DNA of 62,904 bases, filler included, from Dugesia japonica (GCA_001938525.1; 4 parts of 4 records of this genome joined end to end with filler, not necessarily neighbours in it), one strand, 5' to 3'; positions 1 to 12,837 are shown, counted from the whole stretch's first letter. Notes: generated by a model not told the origin, from the sequence alone. Numbers and translations: made by a program.

Positions 1-320
1 AAAACCCTATATATTTCATTCCGGATAAACTTTGGCGATTTTAGGTTTATATATTTAGAATCATCAAAGAAATCTCTATCTAATAGACATAGTTATTTTA
101 TTTAAAGATGAGAAATAATTTTTTCGAAAAATGTTTATTTGTGCAAAATAATCTCCATTGAATTCTCCATCGATTCATGTAAAAATCTCGATAAAAAATA
201 TTTTCAAAAATTTTCGAAGTTTCGGAGGTTCTCCCGGATTCCCATAAAAATTTGTTTTAAAAAATTTTTAAATTTTCATATTATTTAAACAAATGAACAG
301 TTTGCACAGATTCTTTAAAA
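1..320 (+). pseudogene. Degenerate coding fragment paralogous to 21060-21510 (possibly BTB/BACK-like)
   Basis: KTLYISFRINFGDFRFIYLESSKKSL here aligns with KTLFISSGFKFDEFKLTYLESARRSL at ~21310; the DNA motif cggattcccataaaa...ttatttaaacaaat is shared. Confidence 0.35.
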
Positions 321-329
321 AATTCCCAT

Positions 330-600
330 AAAAATTTTTTCCCAACTAAAATGTCTATAAAAAATTTTCCAAACTAAATACACATGGAAAAAGTAACACC
401 ACATTGCCACCTAAAAAGCCTAAAAAATTTTCCCAACTAAATACANNNNNNNNNNNNNNNNNNNNNNNNNNNNNNNNNNNNNNNNNNNNNNNNNNGTAGC
501 CTCTCTTAATCCTATTACTTAAAATTTCACCGATGAAATTAATCTCATGACATAATTTGTGTGCAAATACTTTTACCCAACTAAATACACAGGAAAAAAG
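330..600. repeat. Degenerate short tandem repeats (aaaattttccc-aactaaatacac), possibly Polinton subterminal repeats
   Basis: About 4 copies visible at ~333, 361, 425 and 572, interrupted by an N gap. Confidence 0.55.
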
Positions 601-851
601 TAACCTCTCTTACGTAATAATCTCACGACAAGATTAATTACATTATGTAACGCACACAAATGTGTGCCACCGCCTATTTACATTAGAAAAATACAACCTC
701 AGTTATGTAAGAATCCGATTACGTCGGGGGGGGCTTGTTAAATGTGTGCTGGCTATCACCGCTACTATCTATCTAATATAATTAATATTTCTCTAGTAAA
801 ATTTTTCAATCTAAAAACTTATTATCTTCACTTGCTTTTCAACAATCACCC

Positions 852-1568
852 TTGATTTCAGCATTGCAACAAACAGCCCACCCAACAGCGCAGGCAATAC
901 GTAAAATAAAATTACAACCAACTAATCAAATAGATAAATTATTTGAAAATAAAAATCCATTTACTCAAACAATTGAATTACAACCTAGTAATAATTTACC
1001 TCCAACAAAATTACCAGAATTAATAAATGAAATTATTTTAGAAAAAACATATTTATTAATAAAAATTAATACTAGAAAAATATATTTAGTTAAAGAAAAT
1101 GAAATACCATATTTTTTTATACTTCCAGATACACTTATTCCATATTCAGATGGTGTAATGAATTTAATCCTTGGAAATATAAAAGATACCGATGATATAA
1201 AAATAGAAGATATTAATATTTATTTGAATGGATTACAAATTACTCATGCTTATAGTAGCGCATATTATAAAATTTTAAAAAATAAAATCCAACAAAAAAT
1301 AGAACCAAAAACTCCAGAAAAAAGAAAAAAAACATCATCACAACTAGCGTTACAACCACAAGCTATTGAAGGACAAGGCGCAGCGTCACAAGGAACAGGA
1401 GGAAATCCAATAGATTTATTTGAAAAATTAATGGTTTTAATTTCAGCTAAAAAATCCGGTCATGAAAATACTAGTTCTGAGATAAAATCAGTCTGTGAAA
1501 AATTAAGAAATAGAAAATTAATTTCAAATGAGAAATATAAAAATTATCAAAAAAAATACTTTAAATAA
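852..1568 (+). CDS. Polinton conserved hypothetical protein (N-terminus uncertain)
   Basis: C-terminal NPIDLFEKLMVLISAKKSGHENTSSEIKSVCEKL resembles the DPNEL..RL.LL.ASK.AGN...NEI..I..EL motif common in animal Polintons; its stop abuts the penton ATG (TAAATG). Confidence 0.6.
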   Translation: MISALQQTAHPTAQAIRKIKLQPTNQIDKLFENKNPFTQTIELQPSNNLPPTKLPELINEIILEKTYLLIKINTRKIYLVKENEIPYFFILPDTLIPYSDGVMNLILGNIKDTDDIKIEDINIYLNGLQITHAYSSAYYKILKNKIQQKIEPKTPEKRKKTSSQLALQPQAIEGQGAASQGTGGNPIDLFEKLMVLISAKKSGHENTSSEIKSVCEKLRNRKLISNEKYKNYQKKYFK

Positions 1569-2253
1569 ATGTCTCATCAGTTTTTAGTTACTGGTAAAGG
1601 TCCAAAATTAAAAGTTAATTTAAAACGACCATTAGAGTTGAAAGATGAATATGAAATTGGTTTAATTTGCTTTTCCGTTTATAATATTATTTTTAATGTA
1701 GAAAANGGAAGATGTTAATTTCACATTTGACGGAAAAGAAGAAAAAATCNACCCAGGCGCCTATAAGGTTGAAGAAATTTCAGAGAAAATAAAAGACCTA
1801 AGAATGGAGGTAACTTTAGATCCTTCAACTGGTAAATCTTTACTTATAATTCCTGAAAAGAAAACTTTACAATTTAATGAAAAATCTTTCTTTTGTAAAC
1901 TTTTAGGTTTTAAATCTAGTGAGTATACTTCTGGAAAATATTATTCAAGTGAAAAAATTAGCATTTCTGATATAAATATGATTAACATTACTTGTAATAT
2001 AGTTAAAAGAAATTATGTAAATAATAAACCAACTAATTTATTATATTCATTTCCAACAAATACTGTAAGCTTTGGTTATAAAATTATTGATAGACCATCA
2101 CCACTTATTTACTCAAGAATATCTTCTAGTTATATTGATGGTCTAAGATTTGAAGTTGTTGATGAAAATTTAAAACCCATTGATTTTAATAATGAAACAA
2201 TGTCATTATTAATTCATTTAAGAAAATGTCCAACGATAAACCAAAAGTCTTAG
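1569..2253 (+). CDS. Minor capsid protein (penton, single jelly roll); frame broken at single-N positions
   Basis: MSHQFLVTGKGPKLKVNLKRPLELKDEYEIGLICFSVYN...INITCNIV...YVNNKPTNLLYSFP...GYKIIDRP...VVDENLKPIDFNNE matches the Polinton penton pattern. Confidence 0.8.
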
Positions 2254-2621
2254 ATTTTTTAAAAACATTTGGAATCACTACAACTACAAATTTTGATCTT
2301 TATTCCATTGCAAACTTTTTAAAAATGCCATTGGAAATGATCATGAAAAATGAGTTGCCAGATAAATTTGAAAATAATATGAATTATATTTTTAATTATC
2401 AAAATACAAATCAAAATGGAACTCATTGGGTCTCCTTAAAGAATAAACATTATTTTGATTCTTTAGGTTTAAAACCATTTCATGAAGATCTGGAGAAGCA
2501 TATTGAAAAATTTAATGAATTTCAAGTTCAATCTTTTGAAACAAGAATTTGTGGAGTACTTTGTATTTATTTTTTATATAGCTTTCAGAAAAATCTTTTG
2601 AGGATATTATTTCTGAAATAA
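2226..2621 (+). CDS. Adenain-like capsid maturation cysteine protease
   Basis: NGTHWV, YFDSLG, QVQSFETRICGVLCIYFL: His/Asp/Gln/Cys catalytic motifs of adenovirus-type protease. Confidence 0.9.
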   Translation: MSNDKPKVLDFLKTFGITTTTNFDLYSIANFLKMPLEMIMKNELPDKFENNMNYIFNYQNTNQNGTHWVSLKNKHYFDSLGLKPFHEDLEKHIEKFNEFQVQSFETRICGVLCIYFLYSFQKNLLRILFLK

Positions 2622-3346
2622 ATGAATGCATATGGAAAACACTCACAGGTGAGGAATGAAAAAAAATTATTAATGCTCTTTTTGCTAAATTAAGAATATA
2701 AGATGCGAGTAATGAAAAAAGATTTGTAAATGAAACTGGTAATACAATTAAATTTCTAAAAATTATTGATCCACCTAAAGATGACCTGGATGTGGTAAAT
2801 TTAAAATTTTTAAAAAATGAGCAAAAAAATATGAACATTCTTTACACCGGTTTAAAAAAAGAAGTTGATAAACTAAAATTAGCTGATTTGCTTAGTGAAA
2901 GTAAATTTGTAAATGTGACTGGGGACACCATTAAAACCTTAAAAATTATTTATGATCCTAAACATAATCTTGATGCTGTAAATTTAAAAAATATTAAGAA
3001 AATAAAAATTCCTAATGATCCTGTAGATGAATACGATGTAGTAAATTTTAAATTTCTAAAAAAATTTATTTTTAAGTTTTTCTTCCAAATAAAAGATGAT
3101 GTTGAAAATTTAAAAAAACAAAATGATTCTAAATCCAAACAAGAAATTCAACTTTTTAAAAAAGAGTTTAAAAAAGAAATTGAAAAATTAAAAAAAGAAA
3201 ATTTTATTTTAAAACAAAATGATCCATTATTTCATTGGGTAGAGGAATTTGAAAAGATAAAAAATCTTCTTTACCCAGAACACATAAAAAAAATTAATGA
3301 AAATTTACAAATATTTAAAACATCTACATCTCCAGAGACGCTAGAA
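2622..3346 (+). pseudogene. Fibre/adhesin-like repeat protein with coiled coil (frameshifted, runs into a gap)
   Basis: Three repeats of KI..(D)P.DD.D(V/A)VN.K; two are preceded by FVN.TG.T; followed by a heptad-rich segment. Confidence 0.5.
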
Positions 3347-3949
3347 NNNNNNNNNNNNNNNNNNNNNNNNNNNNNNNNNNNNNNNNNNNNNNNNNNNNNN
3401 NNNNNNNNNNNNNNNNNNNNNNNNNNNNNNNNNNNNNNNNNNNNNNNNATTTCCATATTATTGCGATGGCACATTTTTTGCAAGCTTAGAAAAAGTAATA
3501 ATAAGCGGTCGTTGGGAATATATTAATGAACAACTATTTTTTTTTCTTGCGGGTCCTTTAAAACTTTATTTAACAGCTAAAGATGATGTTGGTCCAGTAT
3601 GTATTTTTATTTCTGGATNNACGAAAATAAATAAATTTAGTATTATTATTAATTTTACTGGTTCTGATGAGATTGTAGATTTTACTTATGAAAAACTGGG
3701 AAAATTTAAATTAGAAATAAACACCTTAAAATTTAAGGGGGGTAGAAGCGATAGAGAACTCGACGAAGATACTTTAACAGATAAAAAATTAGAGTTTACA
3801 AAGAATGTTTTGTTAAGTGTAAGCATAAAAAATTTTTATTTAATTTTGCCAGTAAATATTTATATAAATAACCTTTTTATTCTTTATGCTTGTCCTAAAA
3901 ATCAAAGAAAAAAATTTTTTGATGAACTATAAAAATTTTCCTATATAAA

Positions 3950-4519
3950 ATGGCAGAGGAATCCTTGTATCCAGATTNAAAAAATTATCAACATGAAATA
4001 AATAATTATACAGTTGAAGACCTAAAATCAAAACTCTCATCCCTAAGAATTAAAGATTTTGAAAATGATTTATATGTTATAAATGATAAAATAAAACACC
4101 ATCGAGAAATTTATAATAAATGGAGCAATGCTGATGAAGGAATAAAAATTGCACAAATTTTAATTGGAACCGGCGTTGCTATTGTTGGTGTAATTTTTGC
4201 AACTCTTATTGGTCTTGGAATTACTACAATTGGACTTCCTATAATAACTGGAATAGGATCCACAATTCCAATTACTGGTGCGTTAAATTCATCTTTAATT
4301 CAAAAGAAGAAAAAGAAGTACATAAATTTAATTGTAAAATTAGAGGCTGTTAAAAATAAACTTTTTCTATTTCAACAAAAGGCCTTACATGATAATGTTT
4401 TAACAGATGAAGAAATTTCTACAAGTAAAACTATGATTCGTGAAGTTCAAGAAATAATTTTAAAATCTAAAAGTGAAAATCCAAATTATGAAAATTTAAT
4501 TAAAAATTTAAAAGTTTAA
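3950..4519 (+). CDS. GasderminX-like hydrophobic hairpin membrane protein of Polintons/adintoviruses
   Basis: N-terminal LYPD, helical segment, Gly-rich hydrophobic hairpin, then KKKKKY...LEAVKNKL...KALHDNVLTDEE, matching the K.KKH..I..LA..KLN.I...SKAL.D..ISDEE family pattern. Confidence 0.7.
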   Translation: MAEESLYPDXKNYQHEINNYTVEDLKSKLSSLRIKDFENDLYVINDKIKHHREIYNKWSNADEGIKIAQILIGTGVAIVGVIFATLIGLGITTIGLPIITGIGSTIPITGALNSSLIQKKKKKYINLIVKLEAVKNKLFLFQQKALHDNVLTDEEISTSKTMIREVQEIILKSKSENPNYENLIKNLKV

Positions 4520-7500
4520 AAATTTACAACCTCGTTTAAAAGTTCTAATCTTAAATGCCATGTTTCACATTCAAAACACCAAAATCGATTACCGTGTAGC
4601 CACGTCCTAATTCCATTAATTTCTATCAAAACTTTATCATCATATGCGATCATTGCAATTTTAAATTGAGAAGTTAATTCTATTTCACGACCCTTTGATT
4701 TTAATCTTAGCATCTTCGAAAATTTTATCATAATCTTTCATTTGTATGTCATTGGCTTGGGCTGAGCTTTTATGTCTTTTATGATAATTAATTAAAAGAT
4801 TTACTACATAATTAAAAGCATAACATTTTTCCCTTATAAAATCACCCTGTGTAATTTCAGCGTTTGGCATTTCATCTTTCATTTGAAAGAGTTCGCTGCC
4901 AAATAGTGTTTTCAACTTGTCCAAATTTTCTTGCCCCCTGATTTCTACAAAGAGTGAATCTGTGTCTGTATAGTGAATTTTATAATTTTCCATTCCAATC
5001 ATTGGAGCCATCTGATTATATACAAANTCATACATTACTTCTTTTGCGTATTCCAAAATAGTAAAACCAACAAATGGAAATTTATTATATTTAAGATTGG
5101 TTTTTTGCATGTGCATTGCTGCTGATTTTCTTGAAAATATTTTAAAATATTTAAATGTTGGTTTTGCTGAAATCATTTGAAAGTCTTTATTACACCCAAA
5201 AAATTCTATAACCAGTCTTTTCCTAGTATCTTCAAGAGTCTTTCCATAAAAGGAATTATTTGAAAGTTTGAAAAAGAAATCGAGAAAGCTATTATTATTT
5301 CTTTTGGCTTCATTTCTATTTTCAATGTTAAAAAAATACATGGTCTTAACCATGGGCTTGTTGGCACTTTGGCTTTATAATAAATTTTTTTCAACTTCAT
5401 GCCTAATTCGAGATATAAATCTAAAGTGCTTCCTTGGACTATGTCATTTTTTTTATCGAATTGAGTAAGTACTAATTTTATATTTTCCTTGGAAAGTTTT
5501 TTATTAAATATTTTTTGGTATGGTGTTAACATATTCTTTTGAATATTTAACCTCTCGGGAGCTAGAGGAAAATAACTCGTTTTCTCATGAATCTCCGGAG
5601 GATACTCCAAATCCACCTCATAGAGGAAATTATAGTCGTCGGTTGATTTTTCATATGTTAGTTCTTCACATTCTATGTAATCTCCTGTGGGAAGAGGTCT
5701 TGTCATACAAGCCGGATATAAACTGTTTTGATCCAAATATTTTAAAAATGTTTCTTCAAAATAATCATCTGGAATTTCTTCTCCTCGTTGTATCATGTTT
5801 AAGAGATCTTCTTTTTGTGCTTTGGTTAATCTCTTGATTGGCGTATTTTTATTAAAAAGAAAAATTTGTCTCTCGCCAGTTGCTGCAGAAACTCCACCGC
5901 GACTTCCTCGTTCATTTTTAAACAATAATCAAAACTTTCTAGTTTTGGATATCTTAACTTAACTCCTATAAATTTCATCCCTGCTACCCAAGTAAGTCCT
6001 GGAGCAGAAAAGCAATAACATGGATCGATTTAATAATATTCCATACAAATTTCTCGAAGATTTTCAAAAAGGTCTGCAAGGATTAAAACATCAAGTTTTA
6101 AGTAGAGAAGCATGTAATCCCATAGTATATTATCAAAATTGTCAAAATCTTCGAGAAATTTGTCATATTCTTCGCTGGTTATATTTTTTTGTTTTAGCCT
6201 ATTGTAAAAATCTTCTTTGTGTGGAATTCTTTGATTTTTAAACGTTCCATTGCTTCTGTAATATTGTGTTCCCTTATAAATGCATAAGGAAATTAAATTT
6301 TTTTTGCTTTTAGGTTGTGTTTCTTTAAATGATGAAAATTATCGTTTTCATTTAAAATTTCCCCCATTTTTTCTATGATGTGGTGGTACACATTCTATAT
6401 GAGTCAAGAAACCTAATTTTTTTAAATGAAAAAGAAATGTATTCCTCATCACTATGTGGTATAATTCCTTTTATATCATCTGGGTGTTTTTCTAAGAGCT
6501 CTCGGAAAAATAAGTGATTGTCATAACCAGACGCGTTGTGAAAATAAAATGAAATAAAGAAATTTTTCTTAATGTTTTTATATTTCTTGTTGCAAAATTC
6601 ATGAGCTGGTCCAATAAATTCCCCGCAAAAAAAGTTATAAACTTCTTCTACATTTCCCCAAAGTGTTTTTTTACAGTAAAAACATTCATCTTTTAAAATT
6701 TTAGGTTGTGGTTTAATTAAATTCATCTCAAGAAGCTCATCTAAATGAAAAACATTTAAATTTTCTAGGTATTCTATAAAATCATTTATCACATTTTCAC
6801 CAAATAATTCTTTATACTCTGTTGGAATAAAATCTTCACGTTTGCTTACAAGATAAACCCCGGCGCAAATTAGTTTTTGTTTTTTATCTTCTATGTTGGT
6901 CCATGCCTCAAAATCAGCATAAACCACAAATGGAATTTCTATCATAAAATTAAAATTCCTAAAAACATGAAATTCATTTGACTCATATTTAATTCCTGTT
7001 GGTTTTTGATGAACACATTCCCTTTGATGTTTCTCAAGTCTTTCTTGGGAGGAATATACATTTAAACAATTTACAAACAAATAATTTTTAATTCCTCGGG
7101 GGCTAATAAATGTGTTTAAGTTTTTACATAGGACATAGTGATTTTTATAAAGTAACAAATTACATTTATTTTCGTTTTGTGGTGCTTTACAAAGAAAATG
7201 AGAAACATTAATTGATTCAGGAGTTTTGTTTGCGTTTTTCGCCCCAAAAACATTAATTTGCCAATTATTTAATTTTTCAAACCTTTTTATATCTTCAATT
7301 TTCGCTGGAAAATTTACACCTGTTAAATTAAATTCGTTTAAATGTTTTTTATAGTTTCTTACTCGTGTTGGATGTTCATATGTATATTTATGTGCTAGAA
7401 TTGAATAAAGAAAACATTTATCATCATCGTTTTCAATGTTGACAATTCCTCTTTTAACAAATGGTAATTTTTGATATGTGGCACCCGCATGTGATTTATA

Positions 7501-8224
7501 AATACCAAGTCTTATTTTAAAATTAAGTATATAATCAAGGTTCCAATTACTTTTATTTTTATCACCATTAATTTGTGTTTCGAAATCATTTACTAATTCT
7601 CGGGTGATGTTTGGAATTTCATATCCTACTGTTATTCTTCTAATGGAGGAGTGAGATGTAAAATTTCTTTCTGCTGTAATATTATTTGTAGTATTTGAAT
7701 ATTTTGCATCCACAACAACATCAACGTAAATTCTTCCAAATCTAAAACATTTTCTAATAATAGTTTCAATCTCGTTTTTATAATTAAAAAATCCGATTTT
7801 AAAAATTCAACATCTCTTCTTAAATCAATTCCAGAATCATCAAGATATTTAATAACATAATCTTCATATTCAGGGCCTGTGAATAACTCATCTATTTTTG
7901 GTGGTACTGGTTTTTCTCCTGGAAGTTCATCAAATAAATCAGCTGCAAAATCCTCTTCATTTTTTTGTGTGGTCTTCCCGCATAATGTTTTTTCGCTTTT
8001 TTCTGTTTGGGAAATTTTATTTTACAAATATAACAATATAACCTCACACAAACATTTGAATTTAAATGTTCAATTAGCGCTTCTTCTGATATAAATCTAT
8101 CCTTACATTTTTCACACAGGTTTTTATAATTTTTTTTGCCGCATGTTTTTATGTGGGTTGAAAGACCCGATTTTGTTTTAAATGTTTTATTACAAATGGT
8201 ACATTTATGTGTTACTGCTTCCAT
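4516..8224 (-). pseudogene. Protein-primed family B DNA polymerase (pPolB) with N-terminal C2H2 fingers and vOTU-like domain; multiple frameshifts
   Basis: C2H2 fingers (7892-8224); NIENDDDKCFLYSILA and KNHYVL; exonuclease YADFE, FHNASGYD, RFLDSY; YLDQNSLYP; KLSNNSFYGK; YTDTDS. Confidence 0.95.
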
Positions 8225-8319
8225 TTATTAAATATAAATTTTAATCATATTTATAAAATTTTTAAGCCATCTTTTTTTAGCCTTGAAAAATTGGGTTAGA
8301 GCGGGGGTCCTCTTTAAGA

Positions 8320-8700
8320 GGAATTTTTTATGCGTGATTTTTTTATATCACATTGTGAAATTTTTTTTCTAGATTTTTATTTTAAATCGAAAATTTTTTA
8401 TTCACGATTTTTCTATTCTAGATTTTTATTTTAAATTTATAATCGAAAATTTTTTTTATAGCACTTCGTGAATTTTTTATTCCCAATTTTTTTATGCGCA
8501 ATTTTTTATTCCTGATTTTTCATTTTTCATGGTCAATTATTCATGTTCAATTTTTCATAGTCAATTTTTCATTTTCATAGGCAATTTTTCATGTTAAATT
8601 TTTCATTGCCAATTTTTCACTTTTCATGAAAAATCGAAAATTAGAAAATTTTCGATTTTTTTTATAAATTTTTTTTGAAAATTTTTTTCCNTGAAAATTT
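8320..8700. repeat. T-rich short tandem repeats (caatttttcat / ttctagatttttattttaaat), probable Polinton terminal region
   Basis: Many degenerate 10-25 bp units immediately upstream of pPolB. Confidence 0.55.
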
Positions 8701-9604
8701 TTTTTTGTTATCGAGAATGAAAGTTCATCGTAAATCTATCTGTCATAAAGGGCCTGAATAAATGTTCAAATTTTCATCTATTTGTTGAGTGAAAAAGCAA
8801 GGAAAACTACTGAACCCGAACCAATGGAATGCGGACAAGCACTCTAACTACAAGTTGTGAGTCACCGGCACTATTCTAAAGGTTTATCACAGGGAAGCTA
8901 GATTAAATTCTTTATTTCTATTTGAATTTCTGCTTACTTTAATTTATATATTCAATTTATCGGTTGTTGATTACAACTCATTCAATTTGATTGCACATTT
9001 TAATAGTTTTTCTTCTGATTCCTTTGACTTTCTATTTGCTTTAATTCAAATTATCAATTTATCGGTTTGGACTGGTGAATGATCCTGGACTATATCTGAC
9101 TTTAAACATACTGATAATTACTTTGTAATCTGTTGATTCGACTGTTTTTTTTCAGTGAACGATAGACTTTTTATTTATCAGACTTTCTTTGAATTAATCT
9201 ATTCCATTTATCGAATTATTTATTTAGTCTTTCATTGACCTTCATTTCATTTATTATGTCTTTTTAATTCTTTGAGATCGCAATCTCTTTTAGTTTCTTT
9301 ATTTCTCATTTCCTTATTTATTATACCAATAAAATTAATTTTCTTTGTTTTAGTCACTGAATTGTTTCTTATTTATCATTTATCATTCCTTTTCATTTAT
9401 TTTATTATCCGCATAACAATTTTATTTATTATCCTTGTTAATTAGTTAAAATTTATTAAATTCTTTTTCGTGAAATTTTTTCTTGAATTAACTCGTTTAT
9501 TTATTTCTATTTCGTAAATAACCGGATAGTAAGTGGATGCTGGTACACAAGAACAGTTGAGAAATTGTTTTTTATGAATTCTTTGCAATCTTAAAAATAT
9601 TTAT

Positions 9605-9710
9605 CGACTTCTATGTAATTTCATAAATTATTAAGCGAGTTCTATGAAATTTCATAAATTTTTTATGACTTCTAAGCAATTTCATAAAATATTTTGCGAC
9701 TTCTACAATA
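9605..9710. repeat. Minisatellite, ~30 bp x 3.5
   Basis: cgacttctatgtaatttcataaattattaag-like units in tandem. Confidence 0.7.
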
Positions 9711-9909
9711 TTACCTCTCTCTAAGTTAAAATAATCATTTTCTTTTTCAACAGCTGTTCGTCTATCTTCACTAATTAATCAATTAGTTACTAGTACAGCT
9801 TCAATTGTATATTTTGTATCTAAAAGAACTAAATTTAATAATATTGTAATTGCTTCTACGATCTAAATATTTTATAAAACAACTTGACTCAATTCTTAAA
9901 ACATGTGCA

Positions 9910-10485
9910 TCAGGAAATAATTATTAATTAAAAATTTCAGCCAATAGAAAGCGATTAAATTGTAGATTAATATTTTATCGGTTCTATTATCATATAATAA
10001 TATAAGCGAGATAGGTGTGTAAATGGAAATAAATTATGTGATTAGTTGTGATATTGAAAATCAATTGAAGAATCACCTAACATGGTGGCAGCGATAAATA
10101 CCGATTCTATTACATATAGGTTATTGCATAATGTGTTCTGCAGAGGCAACGATATTGAGAAATTCATCAAGTAGTGTAAATTATATTTTAAGGCTAAGAA
10201 AATTACTCAGGTGAAACGACCGGAGAGATAAGTCTCTTGTTTGTTAGATGATGAATTGTTGGAAGAATATGTAAAGACATTGAAAAAAGTTAAGGGTTTT
10301 CAGGCTCGTTTACGTTTGACATTTGAGAAAGAGAAAGATGTTATCAAAGACTTTCAAAATTTGATTAACTACACGCGTGGAAATGAAGGAATTCAAATTT
10401 ATTTTAAGAATGTAAAACATTTAGTGAAAAGATTATTCACAAATAAAGATTTTACAGAGAACGAAATGAAACTAAAGATGCTAGT
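9910..10485 (+). mobile_element. Gypsy 5' end: short LTR (9910-10082), tRNA-Leu PBS (10083-10093), gag fragment
   Basis: LTR ends ...caattgaagaatcacctaaCA followed by TGGTGGCAGCG; LTR homologous to 33221-33406 and 31746-31927; gag resembles the 31400-31700 minus-strand copy. Confidence 0.8.
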
Positions 10486-10585
10486 NNNNNNNNNNNNNNN
10501 NNNNNNNNNNNNNNNNNNNNNNNNNNNNNTTAATTAATTAANNNNNNNNNNNNNNNNNNNNNNNNNNNNNNNNNNNNNNNNNNNN
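10486..10585. other. Artificial scaffold spacer (N44-TTAATTAATTAA-N44)
   Basis: Six-frame stop linker at 10530-10541 centred in a 100 bp gap; same structure at two other sites. Confidence 0.9.
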
Positions 10586-11999
10586 AGTTGGTTTTGAAAA
10601 GCTTTATTTTTCTAAATTTTTTATGGAGACATTCGCGTTAAATGTAAGACATTAATTATTGCTTTATAGCAATTTCCCTTTGTTAGTTAACCGTAAATAT
10701 ATATAAGTTTAACTGTTAATTCAAAAAATCTAAATATTTAATTAATCAGATTATGCAAGTTTGTTTGCAAATTAAAAATCAAATACTTCAAATAAATAAT
10801 AAATCATACTAATTAAGTTATAAATAGTAAATTCATGCATTAAATAGATCAGTGCTTTCAAATCAGGCGATCATAATCTATCATAAAATAAAAATTTCAG
10901 AGTTAATTATTCCAAAATAAAATAGAGATTTTAAAATACATATGAAATTGTCATTGAAAATGTCCAAATTGAAAAATCAATGATTAATTGTCCTTTTTCG
11001 TGTGATAAAGCACAATTGTTAAATTTAATTGATGGTAGATTTTGAAGGAATACTCATTAATTAATTTTCTTTTTTGATGTGGATGAACACGGTATTTCAT
11101 TGAATAAAATTGTTTGAATTTTCTTTTATTCATTGGGTCAATAATAATTTTTCACGTGGCATTTGACTTATGAAGCGGTTTTTGTATTATTTATATTGTA
11201 TTTTACTAGATTTATATGTATAAATTGTTTTGTTCAATTTTGGTGCGATTTTATTTAATTTATTATTATTATTAATTCTTAAATGTGATTCCATGCCTGT
11301 TCGCTAATTCTTTAATTTTAGTCATACTCCCCTGTAATACATTTTGATTTTTTTCGGACGTAAAGCATATCAAAATTTATCCGTAAAGTTTCTTTCCTGT
11401 ATTCTAATAGTAATTCTATTCTGATGAAGTAGTTAATCCAAGTCCAAAATTGCAGGATGACTGGTTTATTAGTTGTTAGCATTATAAATAAATGGTCTCT
11501 TCTAAGAGTAAATCATCTTCGCGAATAATGATTAGAATGAAAACAAATATAAAATATAGTTTGTAATTCTTTTCGTGTGGTATTATACATGTTAATGTAG
11601 TTTTGAATTTTTTACGTATTTATGTAAATAAGTGCATATTTATTATTATATTATTTAAAATTTTATATTATAAAAAATTTTAAAATTTATACAACATGAA
11701 CTTGGTAACTGCCAATTAAATCAGAAATTAATACCATATCCAAGAAAAGATTCAAATATTATTCTGTTGCTGATATATTTCCTTAAAATTAAAATATCAG
11801 AAAATTTTAAATATTCAGCAGTAAATGAGAATTCTTGAGTAAATAATTTTTCTAGAAAATAAAATTTATTAAAATTATATTTTTGATTTGTTGTAATTGT
11901 ATTATTTTAAATGGGATAAAATCGAAAAATATTTTTGCCAAAATAATATCTAAAAATATATTCTATGTATTGCACAAATACAAAATAATCGATATAGCA

Positions 12000-12460
12000 G
12001 TCAGCTTAAGTTGATTAACTTACTCTGATTCTAAATCATTAGAAACGTCTAAATTTNGATGCAAAACAGTATTATTAGGTAATTGTAATGTATCAATTGT
12101 TTTAGCAGAGTCTTCCTTTAAAATACAGGATAAAATATCTTTTACACAAGGTTTAATAAGCGTCTCCAAAATTGCATGTGCTTCACCATTACGTGTAATG
12201 TAGTGACTCACGAAAAAAATTCTTTTGTTACATTTTCATTTTCAATTTTGCTATTTTTTAAAGATTTAAGTTGTCGATTAAAAAGATTTATCTTCTACTT
12301 TACTCCGAGGGTTTTGTTTCTAAATGTCTGCAAAATTTAACTGGGGCCATTGAGTTATTGGTTAGAATTTTGTTACACAAAACACAATCCATGTTAAATC
12401 AAAATTTAATTAACTTTCATCGTATTTTCTTTGTGAGCCACTCTTAAGTGAGACCTGACT
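12000..12460 (-). mobile_element. hAT (Buster/Charlie-type) transposase N-terminal remnant
   Basis: RKYDES, CVLCNKILTNNSMAPVKFCRHLET (BED finger), SHYITRNGEAHAILETLIKP...LPNNTV. Confidence 0.8.
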
Positions 12461-12837
12461 TTTTTGACAATATTTAATTAAATGACAATATAAAAACTAC
12501 CTTGCCTTTGATTTCAAGAAGTGGTCACTTTTTCGGAGGTGGTCATTATGAGGAAATAATTATTAATTAATAATTTCAGCCAATAAGAATTGAGATAACT
12601 AAATATTATTATTNNNNNNNNNNNNNNNNNNNNNNNNNNNNNNNNNNNNNNNNNNNNNNNNNNTAAAATAAAAAATGTCTAACAATATGAGTTCTGATTT
12701 TCAAAATGAATCAACAATTGAAGATATACCTAACAGTCATCATTTTACAATTTATGGTAAAAACACTAAATTTATTAATAAATCAGAACACAAAATGAAT
12801 ATTAAAATGTTTATTTGAATAAATACCCAATAATATT

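Larger units (their letters stand above)
852..8740. mobile_element. Polinton/Maverick (adintovirus-like) element P1, partial and frameshifted
   Basis: Convergent block of penton, adenain and GasderminX-like genes (+) and pPolB (-); repeat-rich flank at 8320-8700; boundaries approximate. Confidence 0.9.

Noticed and set aside
165-215. Inverted similarity to ~8690-8720 as Polinton TIRs
   Set aside because: Only ~25 bp of AT-rich match; not enough to call TIRs
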